Source: Octopus sinensis
Lineage: Eukaryota
Direction: 5' to 3'
NCBI RefSeq assembly: GCF_006345805.1
Contig: NC_043017.1
Span: forward strand, 8,122,001-8,186,000
Length of the DNA: 64,000 nt
The translations under genes were made by a program, and so were the position numbers. This document shows positions 62,035 to 64,000 of this stretch, piece by piece; position 1 is the first letter of the stretch; each line of letters opens with the position of its first letter. Below the pieces are notes generated by a model. That model had not been told where the DNA came from and ran no database searches. It saw only the letters and a program-made list of their open reading frames with translations.

Positions 62035-62207
62035 ATATATATATATATACATATATATATACAAAAGGCTTTTTCAGTTGCTGTCAACCAAATCCACTCA
62101 CAAGGCTTTGACCAGCCCAGGGCTATACTAGAGTATGCTAGCCCAAAGTACTACACAGTGGAACTGAACCTGAAACAATGTAGTGGGAAGCATTAACAAA
62201 ATCTTAC

Positions 62208-62348
62208 CAGGGGGTATGCATCCAAAGGAAGAACTTTTGTTGAGAAATGTCGTTTCTTTGCATCCCGTCCAATTCGTTCAGCGACTTCTTGAGCCGTACC
62301 AGTTTGACTGCCATAAAGAACACAGATTTGGTTCTCTTTTTCAATCAT
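62208..62348 (-). CDS. NDOR1: NDOR1 coding exon 1 (MIEKENQICVLYGSQTGTAQEVAERIGRDAKKRHFSTKVLPLDAYPL)
   Basis: ATG at 62348, donor gtaaga. An acceptor (ttttttccatcag) 6 nt upstream of the ATG implies an upstream non-coding exon. Confidence 0.93.
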
Positions 62349-64000
62349 GACAAACTGATGGAAAAAAATGAAGAAAATGGAGATAAAATTTAGATTTTAT
62401 CGAAATTATCATATAATTAAAATTATCCTATAATGGTAAATATGATGTACTTTTTTCCCCAAAAAATGTTCCCAAAAGATATTTGATTATAAAAATATAA
62501 TGGGATTTTTTAAATATCAAATGGCTATGGAGTCCCATAGAGTAAAATAGGGTTAAGATTACCAAAACATAATTTTGAATTTATATATATATTTCACATG
62601 ATCAACCAGACTATCATGTGTTGTTATACATTGCTTATCTTAATGTGCTTTGCACTGTTTTAGCTTTCAAATAATATCCCCCAGCTGGCTGGGTGAGCAG
62701 GCCAACATTATCCCAAATCAGAAGCCCATCACAAGGTTATGGTTAAGTGGACTGGAGCAATGTGAAATGAAATGTTTTGCTCAAAAGCACAATGCATTAC
62801 TCAGTCCAGGAATCAAACCACAATTGCTAGATAGTGAGTGCAATAACCCTAACCACTAGGCCATGTACCTTTGCACACACACACACACACATAGATAGGT
62901 GACACGTTGAGTATTTGAGCAAGACACTTCATTTCCTACTCCTCCAGTCAGCTCCTATGAAAATTATTACCAGCTGCATGCTAATACAACTCTCACTCAC
63001 TCTCTGAGTGTTACATCCTCAATGTGCCACAAGGAGTATCTATGCCTATACACAACTGCATAGGTACCTAAAACAACTATTTTCTTTGTATCGGTTGGTG
63101 CTGGTACCATGTGAAAAGTATTGGTGCTGGTGCCACATAAAAAGCACTTGTGTTGATACCACGTAAAAAGCAGCCAGTACACTTTGTAAGGTGACTGGTG
63201 TTAGGAAGGGCACTCAGCTGTAGAAATCATGCCAAAACAGACAATGGAGTCTGGAGCAAATTTCCGGTTTGCCAGCTCCTGTCAAACCATCCAACACTCT
63301 GCCAGCATGGAAAGTGGACGTTAAATGATGATGATGATGGCAGTACATGTTACCAAGTCATACCTCCAAATAAGTGATGTGTCTGTGTGTGTGTATGTAT
63401 GGATGCATACAATTATGTAAGCACGTATACTTGCATGCATGTTCATATATAAGTGGATGTGTATTTCAGAAGTATGTATGATATATATGTATTATATATA
63501 TATCATCATCATCATCGTTTAGCATCTGTTTTCCATGCTAGCATGGGTTGGACGGTTCTACTGGGGTCTGTGAAGCCAGAAGGCTTCATCAGGCCCAGTC
63601 AAATCTGGCAGTGTTTCTACGGCTGGATGCCCTTCCTAACGCCAACCATATATTATATATACATGCATATGTATATATGTGTTTGTACATTTATGTGTAC
63701 CCTTGTCTTGGCATCACATGATGGTTGTAAGCGAGTGTCACCATCATACATTTCCATTCTCCCGTGGAAAACATATTCAGTCATGAGGAAATATTACCTT
63801 GCTTTGAGACATTTGCAGGTTCTGCAACAGGACGGTCATCCAGTTAAAGGTCTGCCTTAACAAATTCTTTCTGACCATACAAAAATTCTCACGTTTGTGC
63901 TTACATCTGTCTTTACACTGGTCTAAAAACCAGTATTGTTTAATATCCTATAACTTAGTAGTTCAACAAATAAGACTGATAAAATAATTACCAGACTGAA

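Overview
AT-rich, repeat-dense animal genomic DNA. The SINE, MITE and microsatellite content suggests a coleoid cephalopod such as Octopus; this is an inference. Two convergent multi-exon genes were reconstructed by hand from splice sites and reading-frame phase. (1) A centriolin (CNTRL/CEP110)-like coiled-coil gene on + has 23 phase-consistent exons from 2089 to 34859 (4377 nt, 1459 codons). Its 5' part is upstream of the window and its terminal exon is unresolved. It contains a GC-AG intron, a 1.3 kb exon with an 11-aa Gln/His/Pro repeat, and a candidate 6-nt microexon. (2) A complete NDOR1 (NADPH-dependent diflavin oxidoreductase 1) coding sequence on - has 15 coding exons from 62348 down to 41987 (1761 nt, 586 aa). 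Introns are filled with several tRNA-derived SINE families, RTE-type LINE fragments, an R4/Dong-like restriction-endonuclease LINE remnant, piggyBac-, hAT- and mariner-type MITEs, a mini-Helitron, palindromes, and mini- and microsatellites. Most ORFs in the supplied track are microsatellite or SINE artefacts. Human protein comparisons are from memory of the sequences, not from a database search. No CRISPR arrays, rRNA or genuine tRNA genes were found.
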